64,000 nt of DNA from Candidatus Latescibacterota bacterium (GTDB lineage Bacteria; Latescibacterota; UBA2968; GCA-2709665): positions 320,001 to 384,000 of the forward strand of contig CBDDDZ010000002.1 of assembly GCA_965226795.1 (NCBI GenBank). Direction: 5' to 3'. Position numbers and translations under genes: made by a program. The notes under the pieces are model-generated. The model ran no database searches. It saw only the letters and a list, made by a program, of their open reading frames with translations, and was not told the origin of the DNA. Numbering within the stretch: the stretch's first letter is position 1; each line of letters begins with the position of its first letter. Positions 1-8,527 of the stretch are shown here, in pieces.

Positions 1-1
1 C

Positions 2-337
2 GCCGATACGCTGGATCAGGCCATCACGAGATACCTGGAGAACTCACGGTCGCCCGCTCGCACGGTGAACGAGATCGACAACCGGGGCAGCACCTTCTAT
101 CTCGCGATGTACTGGGCGCAGGCCCTTGCGGCGCAGGACAGCGACTCGGAACTGAAAGCGCGGTTCGGGGATGTTGCGAAAAAACTCGAGCACAACGAGG
201 ACAGGATTACTGCCGAAGTATTGGCCGCTCAAGGTGCGCCCGTTGATCTCGGCGGCTATTATGTGCCCGATCCGGTCCTGACGGCCCGGGCAATGCGTCC
301 CAGCCAGACCTTCAATACCATTATAGACGCCGCCTGA
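2..337 (+). CDS. icd: Monomeric NADP-dependent isocitrate dehydrogenase, C-terminal part (runs off the window)
   Basis: Open frame from window edge: SPARTVNEIDNRGSTFYLAMYWAQALA...VDLGGYY...AMRPS, typical C-terminus of monomeric IDH. Confidence 0.92.
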   Translation, partial: ADTLDQAITRYLENSRSPARTVNEIDNRGSTFYLAMYWAQALAAQDSDSELKARFGDVAKKLEHNEDRITAEVLAAQGAPVDLGGYYVPDPVLTARAMRPSQTFNTIIDAA

Positions 338-1817
338 ATTGCGATTTGAGCGGCCTGCGCTGGCTGTGGAGGGAAGGATCGACGGGTTCTGGCGTAGCCG
401 CCCCGTTTTTCCCCTCGTAGACTTTTGCAGCGCTCAGCGCTTCCTGGAAGGCCGCCAGGGGCCGATCCGCGCCGGGGTACCGGTCGGCGTGCGTGGAACC
501 GTTTTCCAGTTTGAGCACGCCGCGCGGGCAGACGGCGGAGCAGATGCCGCATCCCACGCACGAAGCCCGTACGATGTTTTCGCCGCGCTGGGCGTACGCC
601 CGGACGTCGATGCCCATTTCGCAGTATGTGGAGCAGTTGCCGCAGGACATGCACTGGCCGCCGTTGGTGGTGATTCGGAAGCGGGAGAAGAAACGCTGGA
701 AGATGCCCAGAATCGCGGCCATGGGGCAGCCGAAACGGCACCACACTCGGCTTCCCATCAGGGGATAGAAACCCACGCCGATGACGCCTGAAAACAGGGC
801 GCCAATGTAGAAACCGTACGCGCTGGCAAGCGGCCCGGACAGGCGGCCGAAAACGCGGCCTTCCGTGGCGGAGTTGATCCAGAGCGCGGCCGTGGTGACA
901 GTAACGAAGACGAGGACCGAGTAGACGATGCCTCTTTCGATCCTCCAGGATTGGGTTGACTTGCTGGACAGCTGGCGAAAGGGATCGCCCATGGTCTCGG
1001 CGAGACCGCCGCAACCGCAGACCCATGAGCAGTACCAGCGTTTTCCGTAAAAGTAGGTGAGCACCGGCGTGGCTATAAAGGTGGCCACGGCGCCCCAAAA
1101 GACCATAAAGACGCCAAGGGCGCCTGGATGGCTGGTCAGACTGCCCACGGTGGAGGGGAAAAGGTAGTCGTACTTGAGCGGCCAGAAATAGGTGAAATAG
1201 AACTCGGGCTGGTTAAAGCTCTTGAGCAGCTGCGGAATGAGAAAGGCGAACCCGAGTTGGAAAAACATGACGGAGGCGGTGCGGATGATCTGGTAGCGGT
1301 TATGGCGGTACTTCATGAACATGCGAACGCCGAACACGAGGATGGCGAGCGTGTACAGAAAGCCGTAGAAGAACCATCGATCCGCCGGGCCGCCGGCGAG
1401 CGCCTGGGATAGAGGTTCGACGAGCCGAACACCGCGATCCAGGTATTCGGGCCACCAGTAGAGCACGACGTAAAACCCTGTGATCGCAGTGCCCAGACCC
1501 CACCCGATGAGACCCAGATGGGTTGCGCTGCCGAACATGATGCCGTCGTGTTTGATGCCGGGAACGGTGTTCCTGTAGGTGGACCAGAAATACGCAGCCG
1601 ATCCGAGCACGATAAGACCGAAGCTGAGCAGCAGGCCGGTCCATGTACCGGAAAGGGGACCGAGCAGGGTGACGATGAGGGCAAGGAAGCCGAGGGCAAC
1701 GGCGGAAATGGAGAGCCTTTCAGACCAGGATGCCGGCGGCGCGGGCTGCGCGGGCGGTTCTTCGAAGCCAAGCGTTTCTTCGTCGAAATCATAGTCGAGG
1801 GTGGCGGTATCTATCAT
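321..1817 (-). CDS. Polytopic membrane protein with 4Fe-4S ferredoxin domain (NapH/MauN-like)
   Basis: Multiple TM segments; YCSWVCGCG and WCRFGCP motifs; CMSCGNCSTYC and CVGCGICSAVCP; ATG at 1817 overlaps upstream stop (ATGA). Confidence 0.85.
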   Translation of the reverse strand: MIDTATLDYDFDEETLGFEEPPAQPAPPASWSERLSISAVALGFLALIVTLLGPLSGTWTGLLLSFGLIVLGSAAYFWSTYRNTVPGIKHDGIMFGSATHLGLIGWGLGTAITGFYVVLYWWPEYLDRGVRLVEPLSQALAGGPADRWFFYGFLYTLAILVFGVRMFMKYRHNRYQIIRTASVMFFQLGFAFLIPQLLKSFNQPEFYFTYFWPLKYDYLFPSTVGSLTSHPGALGVFMVFWGAVATFIATPVLTYFYGKRWYCSWVCGCGGLAETMGDPFRQLSSKSTQSWRIERGIVYSVLVFVTVTTAALWINSATEGRVFGRLSGPLASAYGFYIGALFSGVIGVGFYPLMGSRVWCRFGCPMAAILGIFQRFFSRFRITTNGGQCMSCGNCSTYCEMGIDVRAYAQRGENIVRASCVGCGICSAVCPRGVLKLENGSTHADRYPGADRPLAAFQEALSAAKVYEGKNGAATPEPVDPSLHSQRRPLKSQFRRRL

Positions 1818-3082
1818 GACAGTTGCTCCCTTAGGGCAGGAACGATTTCGGATTCGTGACGGTCGTAGAACTCGGGGTCGAAGTTGGCTTCCGCAAGGTG
1901 TTCCAGAACGAAGTTGACCGGGCGCTCTTCCGAAATCCAGGCCTCGCAGACTTCGTGGCGGTAGCGGATGCCCATGAGGTTGAAGCCGATCACGCCCTGA
2001 TCGGTGTACACAATACGCACGGACTGGCGCTGGTACGGGTGCTGCCAGAAGCAATATTTCTCGCCCGGCACGTTGAGGTTGACCCGGCCGTAGACCTGGT
2101 ATTCCAGGTCCAGAAATTTGGCGGAGTTGAACCAGATGCCGGGGTCGTAAGAGCGGTCCTCACCCGAGATGACGTCCGCTGCGACCTCGCCCTGTTTCTT
2201 GCCGGTGTACCAGACCTGTTGGAGCAGGTTGCGGTCGCCGCCGGTTACAATTTCGGCACAGTCCCCGGCGGCGTAAATGTCTGGAATACTTGTCTGAAAA
2301 CGGTGATCGACCAGAATGCCCCGGCCGGTTTCTATGGCGGACTCCTTTACAAGGTCGACATTGGAAGAAACACCGGCGGTGAGGCCGACGAACTGGCATT
2401 CCATCCGTTCGCCGTCTTCCGTTACAACGCCGCATGCTCTGCCGTTCCCGTCGTCCAGTATTTCCTTAAGACTGGCCTGGAGTTTGAGACCCATGCCCTG
2501 TTCCCGAATAATCTCGTTGACCATTCCGGACTCTTCTCTGGGGAGGACGTTGCCCCAGTACGTCGGTTCACGAACGAGAAAGGTGACGTGAATGTTTCGC
2601 GAATGCAGCATTTCGGCGAGTTCGATGCCGATAAGGCCGCCGCCGACAATAACGGCGTGGTGGGTGTCCTTTGCACTTTCGTAGAGGGTGCGGAGGTCCT
2701 GCAGGGAATAGAGACCCTGGACGCCTTTGAGGTCCTGGCCCGGCCATCCGAACTTGTTGGACTTGGAGCCGGTGGCGATGAGCAATTTGTCAAAGTGGAA
2801 ATCTCCGCTTCGGTGAAGGGTAAGGCATTTCTGCGCGGCGTCGATCGCGGTGACCCAGTCGCGGCGCAGGTCGAGACGGTTTATGGACCAGAAGTCGTCT
2901 TCGAAGGGTTTGGTGCCCTTGTAGGTCATGTGGCCCATGTAAATGTACATCAGGGCCGGCCGGGAGTAGTGGTACTTGGATTCGCCGGAGATGAGGGTAA
3001 TGCGCCAGTCGGGCTGTTTGCGCCGAAGCCTGATCGCCGCGGTAACACCGGTGACGCCGTTGCCGATAATGGCGACGTGCAC
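1814..3082 (-). CDS. NAD(P)/FAD-dependent pyridine nucleotide-disulfide oxidoreductase family protein
   Basis: IIGNGVTG, LLIATGS, VGGGLIGIE and IYAAGDCA motifs; GTG start with AAGGAGG RBS at 3090-3096. Confidence 0.88.
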   Translation of the reverse strand: MHVAIIGNGVTGVTAAIRLRRKQPDWRITLISGESKYHYSRPALMYIYMGHMTYKGTKPFEDDFWSINRLDLRRDWVTAIDAAQKCLTLHRSGDFHFDKLLIATGSKSNKFGWPGQDLKGVQGLYSLQDLRTLYESAKDTHHAVIVGGGLIGIELAEMLHSRNIHVTFLVREPTYWGNVLPREESGMVNEIIREQGMGLKLQASLKEILDDGNGRACGVVTEDGERMECQFVGLTAGVSSNVDLVKESAIETGRGILVDHRFQTSIPDIYAAGDCAEIVTGGDRNLLQQVWYTGKKQGEVAADVISGEDRSYDPGIWFNSAKFLDLEYQVYGRVNLNVPGEKYCFWQHPYQRQSVRIVYTDQGVIGFNLMGIRYRHEVCEAWISEERPVNFVLEHLAEANFDPEFYDRHESEIVPALREQLS

Positions 3083-3523
3083 GAATGCGCCTCCTTGATT
3101 CCTCCTGACGGCGGGAGGTGGGTATTTACTGGATTCAGTCCGTCGACGGGGGTTCCGTAAGGTCAGTCGGACCATTGAACACGGCGAAATGCCTCTCTCA
3201 ACAGGTCAAACGCTTTCACATTGCCGGGGCGCTGATCCGGACCGCCGCCTGACCGCGACCACGGTGGTATGCCGAGATTGCAGGCTATTACGCGGCGTGC
3301 CGCATTGAAATTAACCAATACAACCGGAAAGTCAAGAGCGTATACTGTAGTTGATTCGCAGAGGGACTTCGCATTCCTTGCCGGAATTCCGACCGTTCTT
3401 CCCGTCGAATCGTCCGTTGGCGCGGCCGGTTATTCAATGCGGCGGCGGCAAGGGTGATAGAAACCCATGTGACTTCTGGAGTGAAATCGTGCACGGGCCT
3501 ACTTACGAAAGGCGTGCAGGATC

Positions 3524-3805
3524 ATTCGGATCAAGGTGGCGTTTTATCTGGATTTCGTGTCGAGGAACACCGGCTGCCTGCGTGTGATCCCGGGGTCGCA
3601 CGTGGCGCCGATGCACGATCGACTCAGGCCGCTTTCTCGGCAGCGGGAGGACCCGGAGACGTCGCCGTTCGACGTCGGCCCCGAGGAAGTGCCGTGTTTT
3701 TCCCTGGCATCCCGACCGGGAGACGTGGTGTTTTTCAATCAGGACCTCTGGCATGCAACGTTTGGCGGCAGAGACCGTCGTCGATTCGGATGGGAGAAGG
3801 TGCAA
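3524..3805 (+). pseudogene. Phytanoyl-CoA dioxygenase (PhyH) family C-terminal remnant, in frame with the downstream lyase
   Basis: IRIKVAFYLD..TGCLRVIPGSH...PGDVVFFNQDLWHATFGG; the N-terminal HxD half is absent. Confidence 0.7.
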
Positions 3806-6268
3806 ATGAATTTGCAATCGGCGGGTGAAATCGCCTTCGAGAAACCGGAGCACCCCTACCTGTTTCTGACCGCGTCGGAACTGGCGCGGATCAGAAAACT
3901 GGTACGGCGGGAAGGAACGTACCAGGCCGCGCGATTCGCCGAGACCAGGAAGGCGGCGGAGGCGTGGCTCGAAGATCCCGTACCGCAACCGGACCGGGGC
4001 GGCGGGATTTCAAGATCGTTTAGCTGTCCGGATGACGGGAACTACCTGGTTTACGACAGGAAGGAACCCCGCGCACACCGGTGCCCCAAATGCGGAAAGG
4101 AGTATGGCGGGGAGGAATATGACGGCTGGTGGCGCAGGCTGGCGCATCACGAAGTCGCCTTTGCGTCGAGGGACCTGGCGCTGACGTACGCGATAACCGG
4201 CGATGGGAAATTCGCACGGGAGGCGGCGCGGATCCTCATAGATAACGCGACTCTCTATCCGACGTTGCCCGCGCTGAATCTGTCGCGGCTGGGGATCGAG
4301 GCGCTGGACGAGGTCCGGCTGCTCATCGCGTTCGCTTCCGCTTACGATCTGGTCGCCACGAGCGGGTTTCTCTCGTCGGAAGAACGACGTCGCATCGAGA
4401 ACGGCTACTTCCGGAATGCGGCCGAGTTGATCCGCGTGGGGCAGGGGTCGTTTGTGGTGGACGGGTCGATCGGTTCCAATTTCCAGGCCACAATCGATGC
4501 GGGCGTGGGTATTGCGGGGTTGCTCCTGAGGGATCCGGGCCTGACGGCGTTCGCGATTACCGGACCGGTCGGGTTCAACCGACTGATGGAGATCGGGGTG
4601 CTGGAAAACGGGATGTGGTGGGAGTCGTCCATTCAGTACCATCTCGCCGTGATCCGGTGGCTGCTGTACCTCACCGAGGCCGCGTGGCGTTCGGGTATTG
4701 ACCTCTATCGGAATGAATCGTTCAGGCGCATGTTCAGATTGCCGATGCAAATGGTGTTTCCAGACGGCACGTTTCCAGTGATGAACGACGGCGTGTTCGA
4801 TCAGCATATCGACCAGCACCGGGTGAACGCGGAGATCTATTACGCACGAACCGGTGACGAGTCTGTGAAATCGCTGCTTCTACCGGGACAGGTCACCCAC
4901 GACCCGAGTTGGAACTGGGCGTGGAACCTTTCGCTTAGCCTCGAGCCCTCGCGCGATCGCGTCCAGCCGGTCAGGCCCCGCAGCGTCAACCTGGCGCCGA
5001 ATGTGGTCATCCTCCGCTCCGTTGGAGACAATGGGATCCACGTGGCCATGGACTACGGCCCGCACGGAGGCTCGCACGGGCATCCCGACCCGCTGAATCT
5101 CGTGATTCACGCCAACGGCAGGTTGCAGGCGCCCGATTTTGGCAACGGCGGCACGTATGCGTTGAAGGAATGGCGGGAATGGTACAAGCAGACGGTCAGC
5201 CACAATACGGTTGTGTCCGGTGAGACCTCGCTGTTTCCATGTACAGGCCGGCTGAATGGATTTCACATCAGCCCGCGTGCGAAGATCATGGACGCTTCGG
5301 CGGCCACCGACCCGTACAGCAATCAGACGGATCAGGATATATACGGCCATCCGCTTCCGGCCTTGAGACGGACTGTGGCGCTTTTGGACGAGTCATTTGT
5401 CGTAGACGTGTTCCGTGTGAGGTCCGGCCGATCCTGCGACTGGGTATATCGCAATACGGGATTGCTGCAAACCGGCCGGGAGATGGGCGGTCGGGAGGCG
5501 CCGCTCGGGAACGACAACGGGTATCAGCACATAAGGAACGTGAAGAGCGGGACGGCATCTGGTGAAAACTGGCGGGCGATCTGGACGCAGGATGGCCAGG
5601 GCATGTGCCTCACGGCCGTTGGTGCGGAGGACAGGGAGTACTTTACCGGGGACGGGTACGGCAAACGGATCGACGAGACGGTGTCCATGGTGCTGGTGCG
5701 CGCCGGAGGCGGAAATCCGGTTTTCAAGACGGTGCTGGAACCGTTCGTCGACAGACCATCCATTGTCGGGGCGCGGGAACTCGCCGTGAGTTGGCCGGAT
5801 ATCTGTCCCGAGGGTTCAGGAATTCCGGGCACGGGTATGGAGATCGGGAAGGGAGACGACCTTCACTATTTTCTGATGGGATTCTGCTGGGGCGAAAAGC
5901 AGTTTGGAGATATTTCCTTTGACGGTCAGCTGGCCTATCTCTCGTGCCGCCGAGATCAGAAGAATAGTCTGCCGGGCTACGCGTACCTGGTGAATACTCA
6001 GACGGTCTCCCGGGGAAAATTCTCTATTCGCACGGACAGGATGGCAACGCTCTATCTGGAGAGAAAAGCAGAGGACGCGTACCTCCTTGTGCAACAGGGC
6101 GGCGAAGCGGCGCACCTCGAGATCGGATGCGCCGACTGGGAGCATGTGAGTGTCTTCGGACCAAACGAGCCTGGCGCGCCTGCGGGTGAAATCGACTCAT
6201 CCGTCGAAAACAATGTCCTCTCCTTTATGGTGAATCCCGATTCGAAATACCAGATACGATTTCGATAG
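3806..6268 (+). CDS. Heparinase II/III-like / oligoalginate lyase-like polysaccharide lyase
   Basis: WWESSIQYH, FPVMNDG, DYGPHGGSHGHPD and SHNTVV motifs; N-terminal CPDDG..CPKCG; ATG 3806 preceded by GGAGAAGG. Confidence 0.82.
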   Translation: MNLQSAGEIAFEKPEHPYLFLTASELARIRKLVRREGTYQAARFAETRKAAEAWLEDPVPQPDRGGGISRSFSCPDDGNYLVYDRKEPRAHRCPKCGKEYGGEEYDGWWRRLAHHEVAFASRDLALTYAITGDGKFAREAARILIDNATLYPTLPALNLSRLGIEALDEVRLLIAFASAYDLVATSGFLSSEERRRIENGYFRNAAELIRVGQGSFVVDGSIGSNFQATIDAGVGIAGLLLRDPGLTAFAITGPVGFNRLMEIGVLENGMWWESSIQYHLAVIRWLLYLTEAAWRSGIDLYRNESFRRMFRLPMQMVFPDGTFPVMNDGVFDQHIDQHRVNAEIYYARTGDESVKSLLLPGQVTHDPSWNWAWNLSLSLEPSRDRVQPVRPRSVNLAPNVVILRSVGDNGIHVAMDYGPHGGSHGHPDPLNLVIHANGRLQAPDFGNGGTYALKEWREWYKQTVSHNTVVSGETSLFPCTGRLNGFHISPRAKIMDASAATDPYSNQTDQDIYGHPLPALRRTVALLDESFVVDVFRVRSGRSCDWVYRNTGLLQTGREMGGREAPLGNDNGYQHIRNVKSGTASGENWRAIWTQDGQGMCLTAVGAEDREYFTGDGYGKRIDETVSMVLVRAGGGNPVFKTVLEPFVDRPSIVGARELAVSWPDICPEGSGIPGTGMEIGKGDDLHYFLMGFCWGEKQFGDISFDGQLAYLSCRRDQKNSLPGYAYLVNTQTVSRGKFSIRTDRMATLYLERKAEDAYLLVQQGGEAAHLEIGCADWEHVSVFGPNEPGAPAGEIDSSVENNVLSFMVNPDSKYQIRFR

Positions 6269-7136
6269 TGATCTGTCCCTGAAATAGATCGACTGAATTC
6301 GGCCGACCAGAAGCGGCAAAACACAGCTATCAGCTCTCAGCTAAAAGCAAAAGGCGAAAACCAAATTCAAAAATCCACATCTCTCCAAATTCCCTGCCTA
6401 CGGCGTGTTCCTTTTGAAGCGACCAAAAGGAACCAAAAGTCGCCGCTGGGCGCGGAGCCTGCCATATGCATAGCGCGAATTGCCTCACGGGATGCACGTG
6501 ATCCTTTGCCCTGCAAACGAAAGCGGATATCGGGTTCCGGTGCGGTACGGAACGCCGCGCTCTGCTTTGGTCGTCCTCCCGAAAGGCATCGCGTTCGATA
6601 ACCGCGGTGGTTTCTTGTGGGTGAGGAGCTATCAGCAGTCAGCCAAACCCGGCAAACGATATGGCCTGGAGAAGTCAATCGGCTAATTGCGCGCTACGAC
6701 GAGGGCAACCCAGTGGGTTGCCCCTACAGATCCAACGACGAGGCGTCTGGTCTGGGGGTTGGGGGTTTGTTCGCGGCAAAAATCGCGCCGCTCACCATCA
6801 GCCTCGAACGCCAGAACCAGGCGTCCCCTGTTGTTCCGATCAAACGCCGGAACAACAGGTCACCCGCTGCACGGGCGGAGGTTGGTTCCGCGCGCTAAAA
6901 GGCCCAGCATCATCGTTGTACGGAAAATCCTTCAATTCTGATTGCAGGGTTCGCCCGGAACGCAGTTCCAAAAAGAGGTGAGAGGGTAGAGCGATTGATT
7001 CGACAGGCCGTTTCGACAAGCTCAACGCCTGCAGCACAAGCAGTGAAAACACTTCGACAGGCTCAGTGCAGGCAACGCTGGGGGACGGAATGAATCGGTG
7101 GCGGAGTGGTGACGTTTTTGGTGGACACGACATTAG
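6266..7136. mobile_element. Expanded MITE copy filled with nested REP-like repeats
   Basis: Left end TAGTGATCTGTCCCTGAAATAG..CTGAATTCGGCCGAC and right end GACGGAATGAATCGGTGG..TGGTGA..GGACACGACATTA match the two halves of the 96-bp element at 39901-39996. Confidence 0.65.
6703..6727 (-). repeat. GTAG-type REP palindrome
   Basis: GGGCAACCC-AGT-GGGTTGCCC-CTAC; relatives at 22515, 36821, 54053, 59388. Confidence 0.75.
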
Positions 7137-7198
7137 GTCAGGAGCCGGTACAGCATTGGTCGTAGGACGGATACGAATCGTCCGGGCCGGTGTCGCCC

Positions 7199-8398
7199 TT
7201 ACTCATGTCCCAGGTCGTATACCCTGAAAGCGCCCCAATGTGTGATCGACGTGGGCACCTCCCTCGCCTTCACGCCCAGGCGCTTCTGCATAAGGCTTCG
7301 TCTCGCCCTCACGTCTCCCGGATGGAGCGTGATGGTATCGATACCTTCATCAGGAAGGTTGGCAAAGGAGAACAGTTCGGACCCTCCGTGTGTCATCGGT
7401 TCGTCGTCGATCCGGAGACGAACCCCGCCGCCCCGCGTATCCCACTCAATCCGGAACCTGTACACCCTGCCGTCCGCAACCTCGAGGGCCTGATCGAATT
7501 CGGTGATGCCTTCGGCGGTGCAGATGATTATCTTGCCCCTGAGCAACCCGAACTGGATATTTCCGTACTTGATGATGCCCTGGTATTCTTCCAGGATGAG
7601 GCAGGCCTCCTGCTTTGTGTCTGCCGGCTTCATCTCGAATTCGACGGCGCCCGCTTTCAGTTGCGGTATGCGGACCTTGACATAGCCGTACCCGGTGGCC
7701 GTCTCGAGCCATCGGTAATCGACGGGTCGCATCACAGTCTCACAGACGTTGTCGTCCGGCATGCCGTCCGGCGGGGGAGCAACCGGCTCCCAATGCAGCG
7801 GAAAGGTCTCACGGCGGGCCACGACGTTGCCGGTGTACTCGGCGTATTCCCTCAGACGCATTAGGCTGCCGGGTTCAACCGACACCGTGACCAGTTCGAT
7901 TTTGGAAAGCACCTTTATGTCCGTCCCGAGGCATTTGGAGATCTCGACGGGGGCGTTCTTATCCAGGGCGAATCGCAGCTTTCCCCGAGCGAATTCAAAT
8001 CCGCCAAAGGTCAGAAGATGTTCATCGGAGGGCACGGCATAGGATTCGCGAATGGCCGGATCGGCGTAGGGTTTGCCGTAGTGAAAGGTCAATGATTCGC
8101 CGGAGTCGACGGTTCCCCTTTCACCGGTGAGGTGGATTCGACCGTCGACGTCGATCCGGCAATCCAACGCAATCCGGTTGCACGCGCCGTAGAAGAGGAT
8201 GTGGTAGCATTTTCCAAGGGCGACGCGGAGCCTCAGCGCGACCGCATCGTCCGGGCGCCGGATGGGATTTTCGATTCGACGGGAGCAGCGCGCACGGCCT
8301 CGTGAACCGTCGATCATGAGGTAGCCGTCCTCTCCGAATACATAGGCGCCTCCATCGCCGCAGTCGTGCCAGCAGAATTCCTGTGAGGCAATCAGCAT
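7199..8398 (-). CDS. Hypothetical beta-rich protein, about 399 aa
   Basis: Protein-like part of the long ORF starts at ATG 8398 (MLIASQEF) with GGGAG RBS; the upstream part is the antisense shadow of the next gene. Confidence 0.6.
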   Translation of the reverse strand: MLIASQEFCWHDCGDGGAYVFGEDGYLMIDGSRGRARCSRRIENPIRRPDDAVALRLRVALGKCYHILFYGACNRIALDCRIDVDGRIHLTGERGTVDSGESLTFHYGKPYADPAIRESYAVPSDEHLLTFGGFEFARGKLRFALDKNAPVEISKCLGTDIKVLSKIELVTVSVEPGSLMRLREYAEYTGNVVARRETFPLHWEPVAPPPDGMPDDNVCETVMRPVDYRWLETATGYGYVKVRIPQLKAGAVEFEMKPADTKQEACLILEEYQGIIKYGNIQFGLLRGKIIICTAEGITEFDQALEVADGRVYRFRIEWDTRGGGVRLRIDDEPMTHGGSELFSFANLPDEGIDTITLHPGDVRARRSLMQKRLGVKAREVPTSITHWGAFRVYDLGHE

Positions 8399-8527
8399 GG
8401 ATGCGCTCCCGGATCGAAGGTGATTACCGGTCGAATCTTCGACAAAAAAATAGGGCGCCTCGACCGGACGATCAAGCAGGATTATTCGGGCGCCGGAATA
8501 ACCGGAATAAAAAGAGGAGGGATCGTC

